64,000 nt of DNA. It comes from an uncultured delta proteobacterium. GTDB lineage: Bacteria; Myxococcota; Kuafuiibacteriia; Kuafuiibacteriales; Kuafuiibacteriaceae. The position numbers were made by a program, and so were the translations under genes. Under the pieces are notes generated by a model. That model was not told where the DNA came from. It did no database searches and was given only the letters and a program-made list of their open reading frames with translations. How positions within the stretch are numbered: the first letter of the stretch is position 1; every line of letters starts with the position of its first letter. Of this stretch, positions 21,071 through 30,039 are shown one piece after another. The stretch spans positions 3,200,001-3,264,000 of the forward strand of contig CAWDML010000001.1 in the NCBI GenBank assembly GCA_963803435.1. Direction: 5' to 3'.

Positions 21071-22056
21071 TCAGACGCTCGCGACGGTCGCGAGCTTCGA
21101 TCGGTAGAGCTTGAGCAGGTTGTGGGTGAGGCAGACGAGCGTCCACTCGGCTCGTACCTTGAAGAAGGAGCGTAGCGAGAACCGGCGGAATCCTCGTGCC
21201 CCTTTGATCTGTCCGAGCGCCGGTTCGACGATACTCTTCCTGCGGGCGTAGACCGCCTTGCCGTCGCGCGTTTGCAACTTGTCTCGCATTCGCTTGCGAG
21301 CGAGCGAGGCAGGTGTGGGCTCCGAAGCTGATGAGGACGGAGTCGACGCGTCTTGGTTCTGTTCGCGTCCAACAGCGATGTGGGCATCGATCTGATTGTT
21401 GTCGCAGAATTCGATGTTGGTCGCGCTCAGATAGCCGTTGTCTGCCGTCATCTTCCCCGGAGCATCGCCGCGCTCTTGCCTTCTCGGCTCGAGTTCTCGC
21501 TCGCTTCTGCTCCACCCGATCCACAAGAGCATCATCCGCTTTGCTCTGCTGCTCTTCGGCTTGCCTGCGCAATTTCTCCGCGCGAGCCCTGGCGGCATCC
21601 TGTTCCAGCGCAGCCTTCGCTTCTCGAATGCGGGCAAGGCGGGATTCACGGTGAGCGAGCTCCGCTGGGATGTCCTCTTCAGTCTCTTCAACGCCCAGCC
21701 GCTCGTCTTCCTCTTGGTCGATCGTGCGCGCTCGCTCCAGCAGTTCTTCGATCTCGAGAGACAGCCGCTTCTCCTCCTCGGCCATCCGCTCGTAGGTCAT
21801 CGCCTTGTGCTTGCTCGCGTTCGCCTGCACCTTCGAGCCATCGAGTGCGACGTGTCCGAGCCGCACCAAACCTGCTTTCTGGCAAAGCTTCAGGACTTCG
21901 AGGAAGAGCGCTTTCAGTGCCTCCAGGTGGACCAGCCGAAACTCGTTGATCGTCGTGAAGTGGGGATGACTTTCTCCAGCCAGCACCCGGAATGGAATGT
22001 CTTCGTAGGTCGCCCGCGCGATCCTCCGGAGTCCAAGAACGGTATTGCTTCGCCAC
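21071..22056 (-). pseudogene. IS1182 family transposase, with two internal deletions/frameshifts
   Basis: GTG start MAKQYRSWTPE jumps to RIARATYEDIPFRVLAG..PHFTTINEFR, then VALDGSKVQANASKHK. Later jumps to ADNGY...YARRKSIVEP..GQIK..RGFRRFSLR...EWTLVCLTHNL. The TD.DSRIM...YNAQ segment is missing here but present in copy 3. Confidence 0.88.
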
Positions 22057-22175
22057 GAAACCATGGGATCAAGTCCAGGCGTCGAAGTCGATCCGCCCAA
22101 CGATCGATTCCAGACGAAACGACCTCCAAGAACTCCTGCTGGTCAAAGTGGACGAGCTACCGCAAGCTAGCTTGC

Positions 22176-22557
22176 ATGGTCACTTTCGATCACGAGAAGC
22201 TCGAGGTCTACCAGCTCGCCGTCGAGTATGCCGACATCGCTGAAGAGATCGCACAAGAACTGCAACCCGGTCACGCTCACGTCCGCGATCAGCTTCGGCG
22301 GGCATCCGATTCCATCGTGAACTACACCGCCAAGGGCGCCGGAGAGTTCAATCCACCTGAGAAGGCTCGCTTCTACCGCTCGCTTCTACCGGATGGCACT
22401 TCGCTCTGGCACCGAAAGCGCCGCCTCACTCCACACCTGCTTGAGGCGCCGACTCGCCAACGAGCAGAAGCTCCAAGCCGCCAGAGCCAAGCTCAAGCGC
22501 TTTGTCGAGATGCTCACGCGCCTCATCAAGTCGATGAACGCACGCCGGGCTGCATGA
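22176..22557 (+). pseudogene. Four helix bundle protein (23S rRNA IVS / bAvd-like), frameshifted by a 13-bp tandem duplication
   Basis: MVTFDHEKLEVYQLA...DQLRRASDSIVNYTAKG...EKARFYR. Removing one GCTCGCTTCTACC (22365-22390) gives MALRSGTESAASL...VEMLTRLIKS and TGA at 22555-22557. Confidence 0.88.
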
Positions 22558-22634
22558 TCGCCATCGGGACCGGGACCGGGACCCGGACCCGGACCGGGCT
22601 CGCGGTATCGCTACGCGCTACACGCTCCTAGCGG

Positions 22635-23444
22635 TCATTTGAAGGAGACCCGGACCTGCTTCTGGGTCTCCATCTTCATCCCCGGCACCGCGTTGAACGC
22701 CTTGGCGGTCTCGTCGTACGAGTCTGCGTTGATCACGGCCGCCAGTCGGGTCGCGTCGTCGATCAGGGTGTTGAAGTCGAGCGCGATCAGCGTGATACGG
22801 TTGCCGTCGCGGAACTTGGCGTTGGTCTTCTCGACCTTCCCGTCGACCTCCACCTGGATCAGGACCTTCATGTCCTTGAGGAAGCCGCGCATCATCTCGA
22901 AGTTCTCGTCCGACGGATCGATCTTCTTCGGCGCCGCCTTCTTGCCCTTCTTGTTGTCCTCGTGTGGGACCTTGACCGTGAGCTCGGCCGTCCGTCCCTT
23001 CTTGAAGCCGAAGCGCATCGGATCGCTGCGCTGCTCCTCGGGCTGCGGGCCGCTGGGCGCGCGCTTGCCAGGGTCGGGATCGATCGCAACGGCGGTGACG
23101 TCCGTGAACGTGTAGTTGGCCGTGTAGCCCTTGAACCGCCCGCGCGCGAGGGGCTCGGCCGACACGTACGTTACGCCCTTGCCCTTCTTGATCGCCTGCG
23201 CCTTCAGCTGGTTCTCGTCGATGTCCCAGGGGCGCGACGTCCCCTGGGCGGCGGCGGGCAGTCGCTTGAGGAAGTCCTCGAGGAGGCCGACGTCGAACAG
23301 GACGGTCTCCGTGAAGGTGCCGCTGCCGTCCTTCTTCACCTTGAGCAGCATCTCCAGCTGGATACAGCCGGACATGAACAGCGAGAGCAGGACCGTCAGG
23401 ATCAGGATGGGTAACGAGGAGCGAGAACGGCGCATTCGCTGCAC
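22635..23444 (-). CDS. Hypothetical lipoprotein (LppM-like)
   Basis: Lipobox FMSGC followed by ..VKKDGSG, V.GKV.KTNA...GN; Lys-rich. Start uncertain. Confidence 0.7.
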   Translation of the reverse strand: MQRMRRSRSSLPILILTVLLSLFMSGCIQLEMLLKVKKDGSGTFTETVLFDVGLLEDFLKRLPAAAQGTSRPWDIDENQLKAQAIKKGKGVTYVSAEPLARGRFKGYTANYTFTDVTAVAIDPDPGKRAPSGPQPEEQRSDPMRFGFKKGRTAELTVKVPHEDNKKGKKAAPKKIDPSDENFEMMRGFLKDMKVLIQVEVDGKVEKTNAKFRDGNRITLIALDFNTLIDDATRLAAVINADSYDETAKAFNAVPGMKMETQKQVRVSFK

Positions 23445-23491
23445 CCTATGACATTGCGCGGTGCGGATCCACGTGTGATCGTGCGGGCCCG

Positions 23492-25579
23492 ATGAAGAAG
23501 AGGCCGATCGTGATTGCCTCCTTCGGCTTCACCTTTGGCGTCCTCTACGGCCCCGGCGCGTTTCCTTGGGTCGACGTGATCGCCGGCCTCGTCTGTCTCG
23601 CGATCGCGAGGCGCCGGGAGTTTCGAACCCGCATCGCCTACGCGACCTTCGTCATCGTGGGCGCGTTCCTGCTCGGCCTCACCATCGGTGTGTTCCGACT
23701 TCCCGGCCCCGAGACGATCACCGAGGCGTCGACGCTCGTCCTCGAGGGCGAGGTCGTCGAGGTTGCGGATCGCGGTCTGCTCGCGGACGGCCTGGTCGTC
23801 GACGTGACGGGCACCGCCACGGCCGCCGGTGCGCAGCTCACGCCGGCCCGCGGACGGATCCTCCTGCGATTGCCCCACGAGGACGGCGCCCTCCACCCGG
23901 CCGCGTGCGCGGCGCCGGGCGGGCGGATCCGGGCGCGGGTGCGGATCAGCCCCCGGCAGCCGTCCCTGGTGCCCGCCTTTCGCTCGAGGCGACTGGCCGT
24001 CCGGCGCGGCGTTCAGCTGTACGGCGAGGCGGTCGGCCCTTGCGTCGCGCTCGATCCCGGGCCGGCCGCGCTCACCGCGCTCCAGCGCTCGATCGCCGCG
24101 GTGATCCGCCGGGCCGCGCCGCGGGACGGCGGCCTCCTGGGCGCGCTCGCCACCGGCGATCGCACGGGCACCGAGCTCGACGCGGAGGCGCGCATCGTCC
24201 ACGCGGGGCTCGGATACCTGCTCGAGCTCTACGGTCTGAGCATGGCGCTCCTGCTGTTCTTCTTTCTCTTCCTCCTTCGCCGCCACCGAATGCGCGGAAG
24301 TCAGCTGGCGTTGATCCTCATCGTCCCGCTGGCGCTCCTCTTCGGCGGGACGCCCTCGATCATCCGGATCGCGCTCCTGCTCGCGTGCCTGCTCCTTCCT
24401 TCCCTGACCCGCGGGCGGATCGACGTGTTCGACGCCCTCGCGATCGCCGTGATCGCGGTTCTGGCAGTGTCGCCGTCGGCGCTGGGCGACACGCGCTTCC
24501 AGCTCGCCTTCGCCGGCACCTCCGCGGTCGTGCGTCTCTATCCCGGGATCATGGAGAAGCTGCCGCGCCTCGGCACGATCCGCCGCTCGCTCCGCGCACC
24601 GCTCCAGCTCCTGCTGATCGCGATCGCGGTGGCGTTCGGAACGGCCGGGCTGGCGGCGCGCCAGTTCGATCGGGTCTCGCTGCTCTCCTTCGCCGTCGCG
24701 CCGCTGGCGATCGGCGCGATGATCGGGCTGATCGCTCCGCTCTCGCTGATCGGCGGAGCGCTGGCGGCGATCACGCCGGCGCTGGGGATCCCGCCGCTCT
24801 GGATCGCCGGCACCGCGCTCGAGGCGCTGCTCCGGATCCTCCCCAGCGGAGGCGCCGGCAGCATCCCCACGCCGACCGTGTTCGAGTGCATCGTCTTCTA
24901 CGGCATCATGAGCTCGATCGCAGCGCCCACACCGCAGGTCGAGCGACGCGTCACACCGATGCGCGTCGCGGCCGCGCTCTCGCTCTTCCTGATCGCCTGG
25001 GTGGGCGCGGGCATCTGGGTCCGCTCGGCCGGTCACGACCTCGAGGTCGCGGTGCTCCCCACGCCGCGCGGAGTCGCCGACGTGATCCGCCTGCCGGACG
25101 ACGCCGTGCTCGTGCGCGACACCGCGCCGCCGGCCGCCTGGTTCCAGATGGAGCAACGCCTGGTCAGCAATCACCTCAAGCTGCACCGCGAGACCCGGAT
25201 CGACGCCCTGATCGCGGATCCCGGGGACGACCTCGAGGGCGCCCGCGAGCTCGCCCATCAGTTCCCGGTGGGCGAGGTCTGGTGGACGCGCGCACCCGCC
25301 GATCCCACGGCGCTCGAGAGCGACCGGATCCTCGACTCACCGATCCAGCGGGCCGGCACCCGCATCCGGTCGACGCCCGCCGGGGTGCGGCTCGAGCTCG
25401 AGGGCCGCTCCATCCTCCTCGCGTCGACCGCCACCTCGAGCATGGCCGCCGACGCCGTCGTCTCGCCGGACGGCACGGTCACGTCGAGCGAGGGGACGTA
25501 CCGCACGGAGACCCAGGGCATGATCCGGATCCGCATCGACGAGGGCCGCCTCGAGGTGATCCCGCTGGTCTCCCGCTGA
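23492..25579 (+). CDS. comEC: ComEC/Rec2 family competence protein (degenerate)
   Basis: N-terminal TM plus OB-like region, ALATGDR, G.TPSIIR, P.ALGD..FQLAF, many TMs, C-terminal YRTETQGMIRI. Conserved His motifs are altered. Confidence 0.75.
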   Translation: MKKRPIVIASFGFTFGVLYGPGAFPWVDVIAGLVCLAIARRREFRTRIAYATFVIVGAFLLGLTIGVFRLPGPETITEASTLVLEGEVVEVADRGLLADGLVVDVTGTATAAGAQLTPARGRILLRLPHEDGALHPAACAAPGGRIRARVRISPRQPSLVPAFRSRRLAVRRGVQLYGEAVGPCVALDPGPAALTALQRSIAAVIRRAAPRDGGLLGALATGDRTGTELDAEARIVHAGLGYLLELYGLSMALLLFFFLFLLRRHRMRGSQLALILIVPLALLFGGTPSIIRIALLLACLLLPSLTRGRIDVFDALAIAVIAVLAVSPSALGDTRFQLAFAGTSAVVRLYPGIMEKLPRLGTIRRSLRAPLQLLLIAIAVAFGTAGLAARQFDRVSLLSFAVAPLAIGAMIGLIAPLSLIGGALAAITPALGIPPLWIAGTALEALLRILPSGGAGSIPTPTVFECIVFYGIMSSIAAPTPQVERRVTPMRVAAALSLFLIAWVGAGIWVRSAGHDLEVAVLPTPRGVADVIRLPDDAVLVRDTAPPAAWFQMEQRLVSNHLKLHRETRIDALIADPGDDLEGARELAHQFPVGEVWWTRAPADPTALESDRILDSPIQRAGTRIRSTPAGVRLELEGRSILLASTATSSMAADAVVSPDGTVTSSEGTYRTETQGMIRIRIDEGRLEVIPLVSR

Positions 25580-25583
25580 GCCG

Positions 25584-26729
25584 TCACGCCGGATACGTTC
25601 GGCCCTTCCACTCGATCCGAGCCCGACCGAACGACCAGCGCATCAACAGCAACCACGCCAGGAGACCGCCCACCGGTGCCAGCGGAGCGAGCCACCAGCG
25701 CGTGTGCGAGAGCCTTCGCACGTAGGCCTGTACCCAGAGGACGAAGACGTACTGGAGAAGGCCGAAGAGCGCCGCAGCGGCCGGCAGCGCGTCGAAGGAG
25801 AGGACCGTCGCGACCGCGGTGGCGGTCGGCGTGAGCGCGAGCAGCCAGATGAGGAGCGACAGGGCCGCCAACCTGGGCAGGCCGTTCAGCTGCAGGTGAA
25901 CGTTGCGCGCGAAGCCTCGATGGATCTCGGCCAGCGTCGCGTACGAGGTGGTCCGCCAGAGCGCCGGTGCGCCCACGCCGAACGCGTACCTCGCCCCGGA
26001 GCGCGACAGCTCCCGGGCCAGCGCCCGATCCTCGGCGACCTCCGCCTTGACCCCCTCCATCCCGCCGGCCCGATCGAGCGCTGCGCGCGCGATCAGGAAC
26101 CAACCGCCGCAGGCGGTGGAGAACGTCTCGCCGTCGGTCCGGCGCTTCCGCTCGATCGACGCCGCGATGATCGCATACAGCTGCGGCGTCACCAGGTTCG
26201 AGATCGTCGTCGGGTGGACGATCTCGCCGACCAGCGAGACGGCGTCGGCGTGGTTCCTCAATGCGAACGCCAGGCCGTTCTCGACGCTCCGCTCGCGGTG
26301 GAGGGTATCGGCGTCGGTGAGGAGCAGCCACTCACCCGTCGCGCGGGCCGCGGCGAGCCCCAGCGCGTGCGGCTTCCCAAACCAACCCTCTGGCAGCGCC
26401 TCGGTCCGGATCACCGTGAAGCGCTCGTCGGTGCCAGCGTGCTGCTTCGCCTCGTCGAAGGTCCGATCGCTCGAGCGATCGTCCACGATGATGACCTCGA
26501 AGTTCGGGTAGGTCTGGGCGCGGAGGCTGTCGACACAGGGCCCGACCTTCCCCTCCTCGTCGCGCGCTGCGATCAGTATGGACACCTTGGGCCGCGGCTC
26601 CGCGACCGCCAGCGGCTCATCGGCGGTCACCCAGTCGCCGGTTCGACGACGTGCCGCCCGCGCCGCCTTCAACAGCGTCACCCACCAGAAGGGCAACAGC
26701 AGCCCGGAGAGGACGAGGAGCGCGGTCAC
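25584..26729 (-). CDS. Glycosyltransferase family 2 (CrtQ/HpnB-like), membrane-bound
   Basis: VSILIAARDEE, VDDRSSD.T, LPEGWFGKPHA, LLTDADT, AED..LAR, C-terminal TMs and WKGR.Y. Confidence 0.88.
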   Translation of the reverse strand: MTALLVLSGLLLPFWWVTLLKAARAARRRTGDWVTADEPLAVAEPRPKVSILIAARDEEGKVGPCVDSLRAQTYPNFEVIIVDDRSSDRTFDEAKQHAGTDERFTVIRTEALPEGWFGKPHALGLAAARATGEWLLLTDADTLHRERSVENGLAFALRNHADAVSLVGEIVHPTTISNLVTPQLYAIIAASIERKRRTDGETFSTACGGWFLIARAALDRAGGMEGVKAEVAEDRALARELSRSGARYAFGVGAPALWRTTSYATLAEIHRGFARNVHLQLNGLPRLAALSLLIWLLALTPTATAVATVLSFDALPAAAALFGLLQYVFVLWVQAYVRRLSHTRWWLAPLAPVGGLLAWLLLMRWSFGRARIEWKGRTYPA

Positions 26730-26796
26730 GGCGGGGGCGATTATCGCACACTCACCTTCGTCGACTCCGCCAGAAGCGTTGCTACACTCGAACGCC

Positions 26797-27879
26797 GTGG
26801 ACCTCGCCGACCTGGCTGCGCTGGTCGCGGAGAATCCGGACCTGGTCGATCCGTATCTCGTCTACGCCGACCAGCTCCAAGAGACCGGTGATCCGCGGGG
26901 CGAGCTGATCACGCTGGACCGCATGCGGCTCGAATCCCCGCACGACCCCGAGCGGGTGCGGGCGGTGGCGCGCCATCTCGATCGACACCGTCACGCGCTC
27001 CTCGGTCCGCTCGTCGATCTGTCCGCGTGCCTCACCGACGTGAAGTGGCACCTCGGCTTCCTGAAGAGCGTCACGCTGCTCCATCCCCAAAACGCGCGAC
27101 CCGACGAGGTGGCGGCCTGGGTGGAAGCGCTGCTCGAAGCTCCCGCGGGCCGGTTCCTCCGCGAGCTCACGCTGACGCCCTTGATGGCCGGCGACTACAC
27201 CACGGTGATGCGCAGCCTGGCCCTGCGCGGCCGAAGCCTGCGCAGCCTACGGATCGGTCCCGGGTTGGGACAGTCGCCGGTGCGGATGGAGGTGAGCGGC
27301 GCCGCGAACGCGCTGCGAAGCCTCGAGTCGCTGTCGCTGGCGGCGACGTGGATCCGATTGGGCCGGCTCGACCTGCCCCGACTCCGCCAGCTCGAGCTGT
27401 GGGTCGACACGTTCTCGAGCGATCATCTGCACGCGATCGTCAACGCCGAGTGGGATTCGCTCCGGGCGCTCTCGCTGGCCTTCAGCCACGGGCGCACGGA
27501 GCTGCCGCGCCTCCTGCTCGCGCGGATGCCGCACCTCGAGCACCTTCGCGTCGGCGCCCGTGTCCCGGCCGAGCTGGCGGGCTTCGTCGGCGAGCTGGCC
27601 CGCAGCGAGCTGGCGCGCGGGCTGGTCACGCTGGCGATCGCAGGCGTCGGCCGCGACGACATCGAGCGACTGGTCGACTCCGCCGGCGCGTTCGAGTCGC
27701 TGAAGCAGCTCCGGATCCGCTCTCGAGGACAGATCGACGATCTGTTCGACCGCTTCCGGGAGCGCGGCGTGGAGGTGACGTACCGCCGCTCGCAGGAGTT
27801 CGATCCCTGGGACGAGCCGACCGACGTGGAGCCCAACGACACGCTCGACCTCGGCCTCGAGATCTCGGTGGGCGGCTGA
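26797..27879 (+). CDS. TIGR02996 domain-containing protein with LRR-like repeats
   Basis: ENPD...PYLVYADQLQETGDPRGELI, W.LGFL.SV, repeated LR.L.L units. Confidence 0.78.
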   Translation: MDLADLAALVAENPDLVDPYLVYADQLQETGDPRGELITLDRMRLESPHDPERVRAVARHLDRHRHALLGPLVDLSACLTDVKWHLGFLKSVTLLHPQNARPDEVAAWVEALLEAPAGRFLRELTLTPLMAGDYTTVMRSLALRGRSLRSLRIGPGLGQSPVRMEVSGAANALRSLESLSLAATWIRLGRLDLPRLRQLELWVDTFSSDHLHAIVNAEWDSLRALSLAFSHGRTELPRLLLARMPHLEHLRVGARVPAELAGFVGELARSELARGLVTLAIAGVGRDDIERLVDSAGAFESLKQLRIRSRGQIDDLFDRFRERGVEVTYRRSQEFDPWDEPTDVEPNDTLDLGLEISVGG

Positions 27880-27897
27880 ACCGATCGCGGCCGTGTC

Positions 27898-28242
27898 ATG
27901 TCGATCGTGTTCGTCCTGATGCTCACGATGACGGCGCCCTCCGACCCATGGCTCGGGAGCGACAAGCTCATCCACTTCGGCGCCACTGCGGTCCTGGGCG
28001 CGAGCGGCTACGCGATCGGTGCGGAGCTGGGCGAGGAGCGCGCCCCGCGCCTGGTGGTCGGGGCGACCCTCTCGCTCGGCGCAGCCGCCGCCAAGGAGCT
28101 CGCCGACTGGGCGGGGTCCGGAGATCCGTCGTGGCGTGACTTCGCCTGGAGCACCGCCGGCGCCGCTGCCGGCCTCCTGATCGCGTGGGCGATCGACGTC
28201 TGGCTGGCCGAGCCCGCCGCGCCGATCTTTCTCCGCTGGTGA
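27898..28242 (+). CDS. YfiM/DUF2279-like small membrane protein
   Basis: D.W.G.DK..HF, KEL.D...SG..SWRDF.W. Confidence 0.72.
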   Translation: MSIVFVLMLTMTAPSDPWLGSDKLIHFGATAVLGASGYAIGAELGEERAPRLVVGATLSLGAAAAKELADWAGSGDPSWRDFAWSTAGAAAGLLIAWAIDVWLAEPAAPIFLRW

Positions 28243-28249
28243 GCGCGCC

Positions 28250-30013
28250 TCAGATCTCGGCGGGGACCGAGGATTCGTGGCGCACGATCCGCCGCACGGC
28301 CAGCGCGACCACGACGACCGCCAGCACGGCCAGGACCAGGTCGGTGACGAGCAGCAGCCACTGCCCACCGCCGTAGTGCTTGCCGACGAGCTGCCAGAGA
28401 GACGCGATGGTGGTGACGACCATGAACGCCGCCGGCAGCGCCGTGAACAGATAGCGGCGGCCGTGGGCCATCAGCCACACCGTCCCGGTCACCAGCGTGA
28501 GCGCGGCGAGCAGCTGATTGGCGGTGCCGAAGACCGGCCAGATCCGCTTCCAGTCACCGTCGTAGATCAAGACGAGGATCATCAGGAGAGGGATCGCTGT
28601 GTTGATGAGGCGGCTTTTCAGGATCCTTGGCGTCCTTGTTGCGAACACCACTCCCCACAGCTCTTCGAAGAGATACCGGGACAGACGGACGATGGTGTCG
28701 GTGGTGGTGACGAGGAAGCCCTCGAGCAGCAGGATGCCGAACAGCGTCCCGAACACAGGAGAAAGATCGAAGCCCTTGTGGAGGGCGCCGCCGATCGCGG
28801 CGGCGAACGCGAGCGCAGCGTTGCCCTTGCCGAGGTGGCCGTGATCGTCGACCGGCCAGACGATGTGGTTGTAGCCGGCCTGTCCGAGACCGGCCAGGAT
28901 GACCAGCGTGACGCAGATGCCGAGCAGCGCCTCGCCGAGCATCGCTCCGTAGCCGATCGGCAAGATGTGTCGCTCCTGCGCGACCTGCTTCGCCGTGGTG
29001 CCGCTCGCCACCAGCGCGTGGGCTCCCGAGATCGATCCGCACGCCACCGTCACGAAGAGCACCGGCCACATCGATCCGAGCGCGCCCGCGGCCGGTGAAT
29101 CGCTGGCAGCGAAGGCGGGGCCGTCGATGGTCACGCCGTGGAAGCCGCACGCCAGCACGCCCGCGACCATCGCCACGATGCCCGCGTAGAGGAACTGGAC
29201 GTTGGTGAAGTCGCGCGGCTGGATGACGACCCACACCGGGATGAAGCCGGCGACCAGACAATAGAGCGCGACGATGTAGATCCAGATCTGCGGATCGATC
29301 GAGAGCGGGACGACCAGCCCGATCCACACCGACAGTCCGCACACCACCAGCGACAGCGTCACGGACATGCCGAGCGAGAGGCCCCTTCGATACATGAGCC
29401 AGCCGATCAACGGCGCGGCCGCCGTCATGACCACCACCGAGGTGCTGGCCACTCCGCCGATGACGCCGTGGACGACGCCGTCCTTCACCACCGTGGCGAG
29501 CAGCGTCTGATCGGGGGCAAGGTCGAGCGCCTCGAGCGGATAGGTGGACGTGAGCGCCACGGCCACCAGATCGAGGAAGGCGGCGCCGACGAGCACGCAG
29601 AGGATCACGGCAAACGCCAGGAAGAGCACGTAGCCGGTGGTGCCGAGCACGCCACGCGTCACCTCCGCGATCGACTTGCCGCCGGAACGAACGCTGAGGA
29701 ACAGCGCGGTCATGTCGTGCATCGCGCCGATGAAGACGACGCCGAGCAGGATCCACGACCAGGTGGGGACATAGCCGAACGCGAGCGCGACGGTCGGCCC
29801 GACGATCGGCCCGGCGGCCGCGATCGAGGCGTAGTGGTGCCCGAACAGGACGACCGGGTTCGCGGGGACGTAGTCGACGCCGTCGTCGAGCGCTCTCGCC
29901 GGCGTCTCTCGGCTGTCGTCGACGCCGAGCCACCGGGCCACGCGGCGGCCATAGAAGAAGTACCCGAGCCCCAGGACGATCAGGGCGAAGACCATGGGAA
30001 GCGCGGCGTTCAT
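28250..30013 (-). CDS. cstA: Carbon starvation protein A family transporter
   Basis: TPA....DGVDYVP, VLFGHHYASIAAAGPIVGP, FVTVACGSISGAHAL, GYGAML.E, WPVFGTANQLLA. Confidence 0.93.
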   Translation of the reverse strand: MNAALPMVFALIVLGLGYFFYGRRVARWLGVDDSRETPARALDDGVDYVPANPVVLFGHHYASIAAAGPIVGPTVALAFGYVPTWSWILLGVVFIGAMHDMTALFLSVRSGGKSIAEVTRGVLGTTGYVLFLAFAVILCVLVGAAFLDLVAVALTSTYPLEALDLAPDQTLLATVVKDGVVHGVIGGVASTSVVVMTAAAPLIGWLMYRRGLSLGMSVTLSLVVCGLSVWIGLVVPLSIDPQIWIYIVALYCLVAGFIPVWVVIQPRDFTNVQFLYAGIVAMVAGVLACGFHGVTIDGPAFAASDSPAAGALGSMWPVLFVTVACGSISGAHALVASGTTAKQVAQERHILPIGYGAMLGEALLGICVTLVILAGLGQAGYNHIVWPVDDHGHLGKGNAALAFAAAIGGALHKGFDLSPVFGTLFGILLLEGFLVTTTDTIVRLSRYLFEELWGVVFATRTPRILKSRLINTAIPLLMILVLIYDGDWKRIWPVFGTANQLLAALTLVTGTVWLMAHGRRYLFTALPAAFMVVTTIASLWQLVGKHYGGGQWLLLVTDLVLAVLAVVVVALAVRRIVRHESSVPAEI

Positions 30014-30039
30014 GGGTTCTCGGGCCCCATCCTACCGTT

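Larger units (their letters stand above)
20975..22631. mobile_element. IS1182-family element, copy 1 (both ends, internally deleted), with four-helix-bundle passenger gene
   Basis: CTAG at 20975-20978 and 22628-22631. The inverted ends are identical for 20 nt (CTAGGAGCGTGTAGCGCGTA) and similar for about 70 nt including GGTCC(C/G) arrays. Transposase on the minus strand, passenger on the plus strand. Confidence 0.88.

Noticed and set aside
22176-22557. bAvd-like gene as evidence of a diversity-generating retroelement or 23S rRNA intervening sequence
   Set aside because: No reverse transcriptase, TR/VR pair or rRNA sequence is visible in the window.
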